From Octopus bimaculoides (lineage: Eukaryota), in assembly GCF_001194135.2 (NCBI RefSeq), contig NC_068988.1, positions 77,817,957 through 77,872,980 of the forward strand: a stretch of DNA of 55,024 nt, in the 5' to 3' direction. The notes beneath the pieces are model-generated. The model was given only the letters and a program-made list of their open reading frames with translations. It did no database searches and had not been told where the DNA came from. Positions 24,331 through 38,218 of this stretch are shown here, one piece after another; positions within the stretch are counted from its first letter, which is position 1, and every line of letters starts with the position of its first letter. Both the position numbers and the translations under genes were made by a program.

Positions 24331-25506
24331 ATACAGAGGTTACATGGGGTATTGGGGACCCTTAATTATCAGTATGTTACTCTTTTCAAACCAATCGAAA
24401 GGTTTCTATTCCTTTCAGATCCCTCATGGCAGATAAAACACTAACACTAGGAAGAAAAATTTTGCAGTCATTGTTGCAATATATACAGAACAGTGATTTA
24501 GAAATTGCCAACTTTCTAAATGTTACAAGTTATTTTGTACTCAAATTTCAGCTGGAACAAGAAGCCTCTAGCAAGAATGTTTCTACTAAATCAAAAAGAG
24601 GAAGAAAAAAACATTCTGAACATTCATACAATATAATGTCACCATAGTTCACCTAACAGATTCAATGCATCAATGATGATGCTGAAAAATCAATGCGGGT
24701 CATCACCAAAGAACTTCTGGTATTGGAAAGGACTATCAGAACTGTGGTGCATGAAGACATTTAATACAAGTTGTTTGTACTGAGAAGCTAATTCATGTCT
24801 GCAAAGACACAGGAATACCATCTGATCCATGACAAACTGTTATATAACAAGGTTAAAACCTCATAAATGAAGCATACTTTAGTTCTTTTCTGATGAGAAA
24901 AACTTTGAGCAAGACCAAAAGGCTAATTGGAAAAATGACAACTAGTTGTGGGCAGATTCTTCTGTTGCCTCCTGAATGAAGTGCATTAATCTTCCAGTGA
25001 CAGTAATGGTTTTTTGAAGGATGGATTACAAAGATCATGCCATCTCTCCTTTTCCCACAAGGTCTTATAATTAATGCTGCTAGATATGCTGGGGTGCTGG
25101 AGACACCTAACCTCTGAATGGATGATGAAGTAATCAGTGGAAGGCCATATGAGTTTTAACAAGACACAACACTTTCTGACAAAGTCCCTGTAACCCAAAA
25201 ACTGATGGCAGGCAATTTTATGATCATATATTACCAAACTTATGCCCTCCAAACTCACCAGATCTTAATCCCATAGACTACTACATTTGAAACATTGTTG
25301 AAAGGGAGATTAATGGACATCCTTACAAAATCAAAGATTTACAGCAGACTTCTGTTGCCCAGATGATGTCCTCAATGATTAAGGAACATTTAGTGCAGGT
25401 ATGTCAATGATTCTGGTCCTTCATTGAAGCAGCTATTGAAGTTTATAGCAGATTCATAGAAGAATCATATAAGAAAGCTTATTGAGAACATACATATGAC
25501 CATGTA
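24331..25506 (+). mobile_element. Degenerate maT-type (DD37D) transposon
   Basis: Broken frames give an HTH N-terminus, 'LF(S)DEKNF' and '*QDTT...CPPNSPDLNPIDYYI*NIVERE'. D-to-D spacing is 37 after restoring one base near 25229. TIRs are poorly preserved, so the ends are approximate. Confidence 0.75.
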
Positions 25507-25619
25507 TGGGTGTGGGCATATGGTTCTGCGATTAAAGCATTTGCTTTACAGCCACTTGGATTTTTATTGGGTTCTGCCTCACTTTGTGACTTCTCAGATA
25601 AATTTCTACTAGTCTTTCA

Positions 25620-26052
25620 TGACTATTCTCCAAACCTTCTCAATTGGCTCCTCGTTTTGGCCTGTGGATGATCTGCCTGAGAAGGTCATGCTCTCCACTG
25701 AGGTGCGGCCATGTTTGAAATGGTTGTGCCACTCCTTGATCTGCGTTTTGCCCATAACATCATCACCAGAGGCCTCCTGAATCTACTGGATTGTTTGAGC
25801 TAAAGAATTACCGAGCTTTTAGCAAAACTTGATGCAATATCTCTGCTCAGTATGTTGGGCCATCTTGTGTTCAAACAAAAATCTGACAAGTGTGCACTAC
25901 ACTTGTACTCTAAGTGTAGCAACCAGGAACTGACACAGCCTACCAGCATGAAACTTTTCACACAGGCACAAGAAGGATGGCATCAAAGGATTTTGCCTTT
26001 GCAGTATTAGTTTCAGCAAGAAAATAATAGAGTTGGGCACTTTTTAAACGTA
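25620..26052 (-). mobile_element. mariner 5'-end fragment (HTH region)
   Basis: Minus strand 'TEQRYCIKFC*KLG...IQEASGDDVMGKTQIKEWHNHFKHGRTSVES..SGRSST'. Confidence 0.8.
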
Positions 26053-26519
26053 TTTCATATCTTTTAAAATTTTTGATGGAAAGGAGAGAATAAGTACTGG
26101 AGAGAAAGGTACTAACCCACACTGGATTTATTCAACCATAAACCACAATTTTTTTTATTCCTTCTTCATTTTTTCATATGGTATTTTATTAGTATTTGGT
26201 GAAGTAATATTTTTGTATTATATTTTTTCCATCTTTTTTATATTTTGTTTCATTGATATACATTTACACCACTACCACCACCACCACCACCACCACCACC
26301 ANNNNNNNNNNNNNNNNNNNNNNNNNNNNNNNNNNNNNNNNNNNNNNNNNNNNNNNNNNNNAACAACAACAACAACACTAGCACAGCACATAACAATATG
26401 ATGGGAAAAGTCATGTTAGATATCCAATACATCTATTTATCCACACATCATGATTATGAAGTAATTCTATCTTTTATAGCTACTTTTCTTTGTCCAGAGC
26501 TGTCTTTTAACATTACGGA

Positions 26520-26710
26520 GTGAGGCAGTGAGCTGGCAGAATCATTCACAGTCAAAAATGCTGAGCAGCATTTCATCCATCTTTACATTCTGAGCTCAGA
26601 TGTCACGAAAGTCGACTTTGCCTTTCATATCCTTTCAGGGTCAATAAAATAAGTACCTGTTAATCACTGGTGTTGATGAAATCCTGTCTCAAAATTTGAA
26701 ACCAATATTA
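26520..26710 (+). mobile_element. SINE-like interspersed repeat (GAGCTGGCAGAATC...GTCGACTTTGCCTTTCAT...AAGTACC family)
   Basis: Related degenerate copies at about 26780-26900, 26960-27130 and 38720-38830. Confidence 0.6.
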
Positions 26711-27340
26711 AAGACAGAGTAAGGTAAGTGGTCGTAATGGTTGAGTGACAGACAAAATGATGCTGGATAAGTAGAACTGATAGAGTGCCACAAAATGTTA
26801 TTTTACATTTAAGTACACTTCTTTAGAATCTGATTTTGTATCTTGTCAAAGTCAACATCCATGTAGGGTTGATAAAATAAACTCAGTGAAGAACTGGAAG
26901 CGGTCTAACTCTTCCTCAAAGTATGAGGACTTATGTCTAAATGAGAAATCTATGTTATGGTCAGGTGTTTTGTAGTGAACGGCACAGTGTGAAATGATAG
27001 AATTTGCAGTATTTTGTTACGTCTTACCACATTCTGAGTTCAAATCCACCTGAGGTCATCATTGCTTTCCTTACTTTCATGTTTTGGAAAATCTGTGCCT
27101 AGAATAGACTGAAGGTCAATTACATCAACAACACCCACCCAGCATGTTTGGCTTTGTATCTCTGTCAAACTCTAATAGTTGGATCAAGTTAAAAGTTGAA
27201 ATAATAGGACACTTCCACCTGGCCTTAGGTGATGTTCAGTGGTCTACTTCATCAGAAGTATTTATATTAAGTCTTTGGTTTAAGAAAGACCTATCATTCT
27301 TTTCCTCCTTCTGAACCCTATTTCACCAGTCTGGTGATTT

Positions 27341-28500
27341 CATCATCATCATCATCGTTTAACGTCCGCTTTCCATGCTAGCATGGGTTGGACGATTTGA
27401 CTGAGGACTGGTGAACCAGATGGCTACACCAGGCTCCAATCTGATTTGGCAGAGTTTCTACAGCTGGATGCCCTTCCTAACGCCAACCACTCCGAGAGTG
27501 TAGTGGGTGCTTTTACATGCCACCAGCATGAAGACCAGTCAGGCGGTACTGGCAATGGCCATGCTCAAAATGGTGTATTTTATGTGTCACCTGCACAGTC
27601 CAGTGGCACTGGCAATGATCTTGCTTGAATGACTTTTCATGTGCCACCGGCACAAGTGCCAGGAAGGTGACGCCGGTAATGATCACGCTTGAACTGTGCT
27701 CTTAGCACTCCACTGGTACAGGTGCCATCACGATTTCGCTTTCACTTGCCCCAACAGGTCTTCACAAGCCGAGTTTAGTGTCCAATGAAGGAGACATTGA
27801 CATGGGGGCCAGTCGTCGAATTTAGTTCGATTTCGATTTTGATTTCACTTGCCTCAACAGGTCTTCGCAAGCAGAGTTTAGTGTCCAGTGAAGTAAAGGT
27901 ATGCATAAGTGGGCTGGTTACATCCCTGGCAGAGGCCTTGGATTTTGGTCTCACTTGGCTTGCCAGGTCTTCTCATGCACAGATATTTCTNNNNNNNNNN
28001 NNNNNNNNNNNNNNNNNNNNNNNNNNNNNNNNNNNNNNNNNNNNNNNNNNNNNNNNNNNNNNNNNNNNNNNNNNNNNNNNNNNNNNNNNNNNNNNNNNNN
28101 NNNNNNNNNNTCCATACCAGCACAATCGTCTCTCTTGCACACCACAACTGATGCTTCCTAGGTTCAACTTTTCTCTCAAGGTACTTACACTCTGTCAAGT
28201 ATACACACTGACATTACACATCTATCGGAGCATACTGGCTTCATTCCTTTCAAGCTTACGCATGTCCTCAGCAGTCATGGCCCATGTTTCACTGCCATGT
28301 AGCATGGCTGTTCGTACACATGCATCATACAGTCTGCCTTTTACTCTGAGAGAGAGACCCTTTGTCACCAGCAGAGGTAAGAGCTCTCTGAACTTTGCCC
28401 AGGCTATTCTTATTCTAGCAGCTACACTTTCAGCGCACCCTCCCCCACTACTAACTTGGTCACCTAGATAACTGAAGCTATCAACTATGTCTAGTTTTTG
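27341..28500 (-). mobile_element. 5'-truncated RTE LINE with a long, internally repetitive 3' UTR and (GAT)n tail
   Basis: Minus strand 'KLDIVDSFSYLGDQVSSGEGCAESVAARIRIAWAKFRELLPLL..GRLYDACVRTAMLHGSETW..RRLCWYG'; the 3' UTR ends GGACGTTAAACGATGATGATG. Confidence 0.9.
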
Positions 28501-28973
28501 TTCCTTTGATTAAACAAGAACTCGTATTAAAGCCAATCAAAAGAATTCTCATAATAATAAAAAGAAAGAGAAAGATTGGTGGGACTGATAGAAATAAAGA
28601 TATAATCTGGTCTACTGCTGATGGTTCTCCAGAGTTGGTAGTAAGGAACTTTGTTGAGGATACTACAGAAGTGATGGAAGATTAGCAGAAACTATAGAGA
28701 GGAATATGACTTAATGTAATAACGTTGTGCACAGAGTGGTCACAAATATATGTAGATAATAGGTATAGTTGTAGATAAATTGTAGAATTGTTGCTGAAGG
28801 AATATATAAATTAGAGGCAGAGATAGATTAAGGTTGGAAGTACATAAAGTGAGATTTCTACAGTAAACCTTATAAACTGACAAGGCGAGCCAGCGTAACC
28901 CTAGGCAGCCGGCTAAGAGCCACTGATGAGCTTTAATAAAAATGCAAAATCACTGAGGCAAATAAGCCACCTT

Positions 28974-28977
<4 letters not shown>

Positions 28978-29045
<68 letters not shown>

Positions 29046-29065
29046 TCACACACACACACATACAT
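28978..29065. repeat. (CA)n microsatellite
   Basis: Read directly. Confidence 0.97.
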
Positions 29066-29204
29066 AAATGCACAGGTATGCATTTACTACACTTTTACTA
29101 GATGGGGTGACAGTGATTTCAAAGTTTTTGCCTGTTAACCTTCATCAAACAGTCCAATGTAGGCTAGATGGCCAAAACTGCAAGATTACTTTCACCCATC
29201 TTCG

Positions 29205-29630
29205 TCATCATCATTTAACGTCTGTTGTCCACGCTGGCATGAGTTAGCCAGTTTGACCAAGGATGGTAAGCTGGAAGGCTGCACCAGACTCCCGTTTGAT
29301 TTGGCATGGTTTTCTACAGCTGGATGCCCTTCTTAACGCCAACCACTTTGAAAGTGTAATGAGTGCTTTTATGTACCACCGGCATGGGTACCATTTGCGT
29401 GACATCAGTATCTGCCACAACTGCAATTTTGAGAGTGTGTGTTTGTCCCCCACCACTGCTTGACAACCGGTGCTGGTGTGTTTATGTCCCTGTAACTTAG
29501 GGGTCGGCAAAAGAGACTGATAGAATTAGTACCAGACTTTAAAAAAAGAAGTACTGAGATTGATTCATCTGACTAAAAATTCATCAAGGCAGTGCCCCAA
29601 CATGGCCACAGTCCAATGAGTGAAGCAAAT
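29205..29630. mobile_element. RTE-tail repeat (minus) joined to a SINE 3' module (plus)
   Basis: (CAT)n-TTTAACGTC...CAGCTGGATGCCCTTC, then CCACCACTGCTTGACAACCGG...CATGGCCACAGTC. Confidence 0.7.
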
Positions 29631-29641
29631 AGATGTACATA

Positions 29642-30906
29642 TAGGGTGGCTTAAAAGTCATTGAGGGGTTGCAGTTTCAGGGTTTTTATGGACCAGGTCC
29701 TGGAAATTAATTATGGGAAAATATGGCACCACTCAATGTACCCAAGTGGTGAAAATCAGAGGTCAATTATTCAAACCCAGAGAGCATATTGTTGGCACTT
29801 TCAAGTAAGAGATGCTCCTAGTGAAAACACAATTAGAAACTTAGTTCATCGTTTTGAAAATCAAGGGGCAGTAAGTGACCTCCCACAATCTAGGAGACCT
29901 TGGACAGTCAGAACTGATGAGGTAAGAGAACATGTGCAAGAGAGTATTGAACAGAATCCAGGCACGTCAACTCAAAGGCAGTCCAGACAGCTTGTGATTT
30001 CACAAACTTACTGCAAAGAATTCTCAGCCACCTTAACTTTTTTCCATATAAGGTATAGTTGGTGCAACAGTTGAAGCCTCAGGACTATGAACACAGGCTC
30101 CAATACACGGCCAGAATCCAGGAATTGGCATGAAATGACCCAAATTTTACCCCAAAATTGATTATGTGTTATGAAGCTCACTTTTATTTGAATGGGTTAA
30201 TCAACAGACAAAATTGCTGATCTTGGGGCTCTGAGAATCTAAGAGCACTACACCAAAGAGAATTGCACGCCATTAAGTATTTTGTGCAATTACAGCAGAT
30301 GAGATAATCGAGCCTTATTTCTTTGAGGATGATAATGGGAATGCTGTCACTGTGACTGATGAGCAGTATAGGTCCATGATCGAGAACTTTATGTGCTTGG
30401 TCATTCAAGATAGGCCTAATATGTGGTTCGAGCAAGATGAAGCAATTACTCATACTGCAAGAGAGACAATACAGTTGCTGAGGCAATATTTTGGAGAAAG
30501 AATCATCTCTCACTACTGCGATGTCTACTGGCCATCGCATTCCTCAGACTTGACCAACCCTGACATCTTCTTGTAGGGATACCTCAAGGAGAAGGTTTAT
30601 ATCAACACACCAGAAACCCTGGAGCAGTTGAAGGAAAATATCACTAGACAAATCAAGGAACTGGACGCTGAAACCCTTACAACCATCATGGAACATATTT
30701 TGGAAACGGCACAGATGTGTGAAGCTGAAAATGGATGCCATTTAAAAGATGTCATTTTTTATACATAATGCAGGTATGATGAAAAGGACTAAGGCAAATT
30801 AATTGCCATTATCTTCTCTATACTGAATTAAAATTTCATACACCTATTTGTAAAAATAAGGGAGTTATTAAAAATTAAAACCCCTCAATGACTCTTGACC
30901 ACCCTG
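29642..30906 (+). mobile_element. DD41D (rosa/Visitor-type) Tc1/mariner transposon, full length, transposase disrupted
   Basis: About 28-bp TIRs (TAGGGTGGCTTAAAAGTCATTGAGGGGTT / AACCCCTCAATGACTCTTGACCACCCTG) with TA on both sides; 'EAHFYLNG.INRQN' and 'FEQDEAITHTA...WPSHSSDLTNPDIFL*GYLKEKVY', with 41 residues between the Ds. Confidence 0.9.
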
Positions 30907-32999
30907 TATATATCTAAATTGATGGAATGGAACAGGTAAAATCCAGGTTCCATTTGTTTCCTAGCAGATTCTTTAATGGGGTTCTCTGTTAGCTACTCAC
31001 CAGATTGAAAATGTCTTATATGATGCTTACATTGTCACTTGGGAATCCCAAGTTGACTCACCAAAAATGTAATTTGAAATGAGTGGTGAAGCCCAAGGTA
31101 TAGTATAGTAAAGAAAAAAAACCTAAATGTCTGAAGAAATAAAATGGTCAATAAGTAATAAAAGGGAAGGAAGGAGCCAAATATTTGGGATTAGAGAATT
31201 GTATAAAATTGTTAAGAATAAAGCAAAGGAGAAGGGGAAGAAAGAGGAGGGGTTAGAGTAGATGGTTGCTGGCTTTAAGGGGGAAAGGTTGTTATAGATA
31301 TTAAGGTTGGACAACCTTACTATGTCAGCAGTAAACCAATACATTGGTGCAGCCATGCATACACATGTACAGAGAATATTAAGAAGAATGTTAGAAGAAA
31401 TGAAATGGTCAAGAAGAAAAGGAAGAGGTGAGTCAAATAGGTTCCAGTAATGATTATTTTCTTTCAGCATGCTACATTCTGGACCTATTGACCAGCATAA
31501 ATTCTGTCTTGTAAAAATATAATATACATGTCCTCAGCAAAATAACATATTGAGTAATTCTTTGGTCTAATGTTAAATTGTTTTTATTATAACTTGATAT
31601 AAAAACAAACACAAACGACTGCACACACATATATATTTATATTATGGGTGGAGGTTCTGATTTTATTCCCACTGTATGGCTCTTGGAGGCATGTCTCTTC
31701 TACTCAAACCTTATGCTGACCCAGGCATTATGAGAGAGAGTGAGTACACAGACTCTTAAAGGCATGTATCTAGATAATTTCACCTCTGTATGGTCCTATC
31801 TATCTGAGAGATCCTGTTGCAATCGTAGGTACCACTGTTTATAATTTGATGAAACTACAAAAACAAAATACAATAAAAACATGCTTGTCTCTATAAGTTC
31901 CAAGTTCACAACGCTCCTGATTTTACTTAATTTTAGTAATTTTTTCATTTTCAAATCCCACTGAGGTCAGCTTTCTCCTTGTTTATAAGAACATACCAAT
32001 CTGGAATATTAGATTGGTGAAATTATAAGAATATTGGACTAGATGTCTTGATGTATTTGTTCTGATTCTTTTTGCATTGTGAGTTCAATTCTTGCATTAT
32101 CTGTTACAAGCATTCAGTGCAGGTCCTTTGTTTGAAGATCCTACATCTCCCCCTTGCACCAGTTACAGTTGCCCTGCAATGAGTCCTGTGTACTACCAAC
32201 TCTCTTGACTAAATGATAGAGTAAGAACTTCTTTCCTTACAAGCTACCATGCTCTACAGAAGCAATATATCTTGTCTCTATTATTCTACCTTACTTCAGA
32301 AATCATCAATGCTATGGTAGTGACTAAATATGGCTCATGGAATTATTACTGCAGCTGTATTTATGGTGTTTAGCTTCAATTTCAGCATTAGTCACTGCTT
32401 CATCAAATATTCATACCCCTATTTATTCCTCATGCTTGTTTTGTGGATATTATCTAAATACACACCCTGAATATATCCCTTAATATTAATAACACTACCA
32501 CCACCACCACCACCTCAACCTCTACATCACCACAACACTAATGCTCATTTATCTCATTATACTTCCTTTCTGAAATAGCCTATATTACACACACATACAC
32601 ACACGTGTGTGTGTGTGTATGTGTGTATGTGTGTGTGTGTTTATGTATACATATTTACATATTGTATGTGTGTACATGAACATACAATATCATTATTATC
32701 ATTATCATTTATATATATATATATATATATATATATNNNNNNNNNNNNNNNNNNNNNNNNNNNNNNNNNNNNNNNNNNNNNNNNNNNNNNNNNNNNNNNN
32801 NNNNNNNNNNNNNNNNNNNNNNNNNNNNNNNNNNNNNNNNNNNNNNNNNNNNNNNNNNNNNNNNNNNNNNNNNNNNNNNNNNNNNNNNNNNNNNNNNNNN
32901 NNNNNNNNNNNNNNNNNNNNNNNNNNNNNNNNNNNNNNNNNNNNNNNNNNNNNNNCACACACACACACACACACACGCACGCACACACACACACACACA

Positions 33000-33140
33000 C
33001 ATAGTACAAGCTGTCTGTTTAAGAAGTTTGCTTCCTGACCATGTGGTTTTGGGTTCAGTACCATTGTGTAGCATCTTGGAAAAGTTTCTTCTACTATGGA
33101 CCCAACCTAACAAAATCCTTGTGACCGGATTTAGTAGAGA
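33000..33140 (+). mobile_element. tRNA-derived SINE
   Basis: AAGAAGTTTGCTTCC..ACCATGTGGTTTTGGGTTCAGTACC head plus body. Confidence 0.65.
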
Positions 33141-33944
33141 GAGAGAGAGAAGGAGAGAGAGAGAGAGAGAGAAGGAGAGAGAGAGAAGGAGAGAGAGAGA
33201 AAGAGAGAGAGAAAGAGATAGAGAGACCAAAAATAGCCCATTATCTCTGTTAACAACTCTATTATGTTTTATACATTATAGCTGGCTATAGGCAAAACAA
33301 AAATTTTTTAAAATAGAAAATTCCACAACAGAATGAAGGCATGTGTCAGCATGAGTGGTAAACTCTCTAAACATCTACTGCAAGAGGTGCCCATTGCTAC
33401 CAATTCTATTGAAGTGTGTAATTCCCTAACAAGACTTAAAGCCATATCCACACTGATCATATTTAAGACTGGAACTAGCAAGCCAGAGAATTAAACTATG
33501 CTTCAATGTCCACTATGGCATGTTTTCTAGGTTGGGTGCCCTTCCTACTGCCAACCACTTTACTGGGTGCATTTTCATGACACCAACACTAGTGAGGTCT
33601 CCAATAATTTGCCAGATAAAAAAGCATCCTCAATTGAGTGGGGTTGTAACAGAGAGAGAGAGAAAGAGAGAGAGAGATAGATAGATAGTTAGAGAGAGAG
33701 AGAGAGAGATGGTATTATGTTAGATGTTGAGAGGCTAATGTATGATACAAGGACAAGCACTAGTGTCTTGCTATAAGAGAGATACACAGTTACCACACTG
33801 GATTTGGACCTTTGGCCTCTGCCTTACATTGAATGAACACAGCTATTCTGATAAAAAATGATAACCTATACAATATGATGGAAAACAAAATAGGCAGAAA
33901 CATCGTGAAAGTGAGTGAATAATGAAAAAATATTCGATAAAGGC

Positions 33945-34340
33945 ACAGGCATGGCTGTGTGGTAAGGAGCTCGCTTCTCAACCACATGGTTCCAGGTTTA
34001 GTCCCACTGCACGGCACCTTGGGCAAGTATATTCTACTATAACCTCAGACTGACTGTAGCCTCATAAATGGAATTGGTAGAAGGAAACTGAAAGAAGCCT
34101 GTCATATATATATATTATATATAGCACAGTGTGTCTGTGTTTCTGTCTGTATTTGTCCCCCATCACTGCTTGACAACCAGTGTTGGTGTGTTAGCATCCC
34201 TGTAATTTAGCGGTTTGGCAAAAAAGACTGCTATCAGGCTCCCAAAAAAAAAAGATAAGTACTGGGGTCAATTCATTCGGCTAAAAATCCTTCAATGTGG
34301 TGTTCCAGCATGGCCCCAGTTTAATGACTGAAACAAGTAA
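33945..34340 (+). mobile_element. Composite tRNA-derived SINE (head, microsatellite linker, 3' module)
   Basis: GGCACAGGCATGGCTGTGTGGTAAGG...GGAAACTGAAAGAAGCC, TA/TG linker, then GCTTGACAACC...CAGCATGGCC..TGACTGAAACAAGTAA. Confidence 0.8.
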
Positions 34341-35139
34341 GAGATGAAAGATAAAAAGATACATGTTAATGACATAAAAGATCATAATTCAATTTAAAAA
34401 ATCAAAAATTTTTAAGATTCAAATCAAAATCTTAATTTTTTATCAAAAAAAAAAAAAAGGAAAGAAAATAGATTTGTTCAATTAACACAGTTTAATTCTA
34501 CTTTCAATTCTGCTTAATTAGAACATTTTGTGCTATGATTTTTGGCAAATTGTTTGATTTAAAATTTTGTTAGAACAGATATGGTTGTATTGTGGTAGAG
34601 ATGTAAATGCTCAAATATATTTTGTTGTTTAATAAATTACATGAAGTGTTAATTAGTTATTCATTAGAAATGAATATATAATCAGCATTATTAAATGACA
34701 AAATCTGTATAACAGGTTGTCAGAAATAGATAGAAAAATGTTTAAATAGCTTGTGGTTGTTTAATTTCAGATTTGCTCTGATCAATACATGATTTATAAT
34801 CAAAGGGTGCTACAAAAATGATTAGTCAGTCTTTTCATACCTTCATAACTATAAGGTCCAGTTCATCAGTTGATGGTTTAAGAATATTGAGTGAGGTTTA
34901 AGACAAATTTAGCTACTATTTCTAACAGGTCTAATTGCTATGTAGTGTAATACAGAAGAATCCATCCCACTATAGTCTCTATTGACTCCCACTAAAGTCT
35001 CTAAAGCCATCCCACTGGACTTTTTATTGGCTGATAAATCAAGTGATAGTTCAGCTTGGGCAAAAAATTAATCAACAAGACCTCTCCCATTAAACTGTGT
35101 TAAGTCACAGAAATGGCAAAGCCATTTAGTGGAAGAATA

Positions 35140-35525
35140 GTAGAGATAGTAGAGATGGTAGACTGATAGAATGGTATAGATATTGGTAGATGTGGTAGAG
35201 TGGCAGAGAATGTATGGTGGTAGAATGATAGAGTGGTAAAGATGATAAAGAATTATAGGGGTAGTAGAGATAGTAGAGATAGCAGAGTGGAAGAGATGGT
35301 ATGGTGGTAGAATGAGAGAATGGTAGATATAATAGAATAGTTAATATAGTGGAATGGTCAAGTGATAGAGAGGGGAGTGGTGGTTGATTGGTAGAGATAG
35401 TAAGATAATAGAAGAGTAAGGTAGCAGAATGGTAGGCTGGTAGATAGATAGAGGGTAGAGGTGATAGAGTATTAGCATGGTAAAGATGGTAAAATGGTTG
35501 AATGATAATATGGTAGAGGGGTAGA
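35140..35525. repeat. Purine-rich degenerate GGTAGA/GATAGA low-complexity array
   Basis: Read directly. Confidence 0.75.
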
Positions 35526-35819
35526 ACTAAAAGTGTTGCAGTATTTAGTTATACCTCTTTTAGTTGTGAGTCTAAATCTTACCACATCTATCTGACTTTA
35601 ATTATTTTCCTGTTCAAAAAAATACATATTAGTCATCTGCTTTTGTTTTAGTTATTATTGTATAGCTCTAGCTCAGCATTAACTCAAGTAGATAACTGTA
35701 AAGACCGCTCTAAACATGGTTGTGTCATCTTTTATCCAGACAGTGAAAATCTGAGACTACATTATATCTACATATATCCATCCATAAGGTAAGATTTAGC
35801 TACAATCTATTTCAGAGGA

Positions 35820-36175
35820 TGCAGTTGTTGTTGTTGTTGGTGGTGGTGGTGGCTGTGGGTATGGTGGTTTTATAATTGCAATGAAGTTGTTAAAGGTGGT
35901 GGCAGTGTTTATGCTTATGGGAGGGGTTGCAGTCATGATGGTGGTGGCTATAGTTGTGATGAAAGTGATGGTGGTGGTTGTGGTGACGGTGGTGGTGGTT
36001 GTGATGAGGGTGGTTGTTGTGATGAAGGTCGTGGCAGTGTAAGTGATGACTGGTGATTGTGCTCATGGTAGTGGCTGCTGTTGTGATAGAGGCAGTAGTA
36101 ATGGTAGTGGTAGTTTTGTTGTTGCTGTTGTTGTTATTGTTGTTGTTGTTGTTGCTAGTGGTGGTGGTGGTCACT
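35820..36175. repeat. (GGT/GAT/GTT)n degenerate trinucleotide tract
   Basis: Read directly. Confidence 0.9.
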
Positions 36176-36769
36176 TAAACATTTCTGTCTAAGAGGCTTA
36201 ATCCATCTCTCAGTTTAACACCACTACCTGATGATACCATGGTGAATTTAGTGTTGCAAGTGATTGAGGCAGGTCTCTGGTTCGAAGATACCTCTTTCCC
36301 ACCCACACACAAGTCTTAGTGTCTGCTTTTCAGTCCTGGCTAAAAAAAAAAGGAAATCTTTAATATGATCCTTACAGAATGTAAGGGAAACCAGCATCAA
36401 GAGTATTCTGAAATCAAATTTGAATAAATATTCTTGTTATAAAAGTTTGTACTTTGTCTTGGAGTGGAATTGCTTGGATAGAGTTCAAGGATACCCATCG
36501 CTACGCTGCCAGTAAATGTATTTGTTACTCATGCACCTAACTTCTTTTAACTTCTGTTAGACAGTGAAAGTTTCATTAGTTACTATGGTGACAACACTAT
36601 CTTTCGCACTCTCTCTCTCACTGAATTTTTCTCTCAACAATAACAATAACCTGTTATTAAAGGGAAAATCTGTTTTTAAAGTATGTGTTGTGTTGTCTCT
36701 ATCTTAAAAGACAGAAGCACACACATTGTTGCACTGGTGGAGATGGTAGCAAATATTTTTGCTATTTGA

Positions 36770-37070
36770 TAACCAACCACCACCACCACCACCAGCATAT
36801 CCTCCACCACCACCACCACCACCACCACCACCAGCATATCCTCCACCACCACCTCGATCACCATNNNNNNNNNNNNNNNNNNNNNNNNNNNNTAACCAAC
36901 CACCACCACCACCACCAGCATATCCTCCACCACCACCACCACCACCACCACCACCAGCATATCCTCCACCACCACCTCGATCACCATTATTATGCTCCTC
37001 ACCAGCACAAACACCACAGTCATGCTTATTACCAGCAGCACCAGCACTATCATCATCATTGCCTTTCGCT
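36770..37070. repeat. (CAC)n-based minisatellite with CAGCATATCCTC spacers
   Basis: Read directly; duplicated across the N gap. Confidence 0.85.
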
Positions 37071-38163
37071 CTCTCTCTCTCTTTCTCTTCATCCCACCTC
37101 AATCACAAAATATTGGTTACTACAGCAAAACTCATCTCCTTATTCTCCCTCCCTCTCGCTGCCAGAAATGAAGTAGTCCTTTTCTTTCAGTAATATTTCC
37201 ACACGTAGATTTATTGATATGTGTGTGCATGTTTTTGTGTTCATGTATGTGTGAAAATATGCGCATGCATGTGTACGTGTATACATGTAGGTGAGTGTGT
37301 GCAAACACATACACAGTTCATATAACAATATATATAAAATCACATATGTATGTAATGTAGCTTTCATTTATATGAAAGTATTTACAATCTCACAAGAATC
37401 TATGAGAAAGCACATGTAGGCAGTTTCATGCATACATTCATATACATACGTGAACAAATATAAGTGTGTGTACATATATCCTCTTCCGTATAAGCACATG
37501 AACAAAATATAAGTGTGTGTGTGTGTGAGTATGTCTGTGTGATCATGTATTGTACATATATGTGAGTGTGTGTTTGCATGTGTGAGTACATATATGATAT
37601 GGATGTAACTGTGCATATTTATGTATGTGTATGTATGTGTGCATGAATGTTCCCACATGTAGACATATGCTTGTATTGTATGTTTATGTGTGTTTATGGT
37701 TGTCTGTCCACATGCATTTATATGTTTGTGTGTTCATATGTATTGTGCATGTGTATTTAGGTGTGTGTGTGTGTGTGTTGGGGTGTGCCAATGGAAATAT
37801 ATGAGCTATCCCAGTTATTTGTTGCTGACTGTATATCACATATGCATCTGTAGTGGGCGAGAGTTGTTCTCTCTCATTCTCTCTCTCTCACCCTCTCTCT
37901 CACTCTCTCTGTCTCTTACTCTCTCACTCTGTCTGTCTGTTTCTCTCTCTCTCTCTCTCTCATCCATCATTTGGGGATAGAGGAGTGGAAGAACGTGAGA
38001 ACTGTTTGGGAGACTGCAGGGGAGTGGACACCATTTGCCACTCTGGTGGTTACACACAGAAAGGAAAGGCAAGTAGTGAATAATGGAGGTTGGGGAGGCG
38101 GGGTGGCAACAGTGGTGCTGGTAATAATGCTATTGCAGCTTCTGCTGCTGCTACTGTTACTAA

Positions 38164-38218
<55 letters not shown>

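Noticed and set aside
28915-28960. CTGATGAG in a GC-rich patch resembling a hammerhead start
   Set aside because: The expected GAAA reads AAAA and the stems are poor, so it is not supportable.
36685-37193. His-rich, Gly-Tyr-rich and Pro-rich ORFs reminiscent of cephalopod structural proteins
   Set aside because: All frames are open because of the (CAC)n composition; half is a gap duplicate, and no signal peptide or splice structure is evident.
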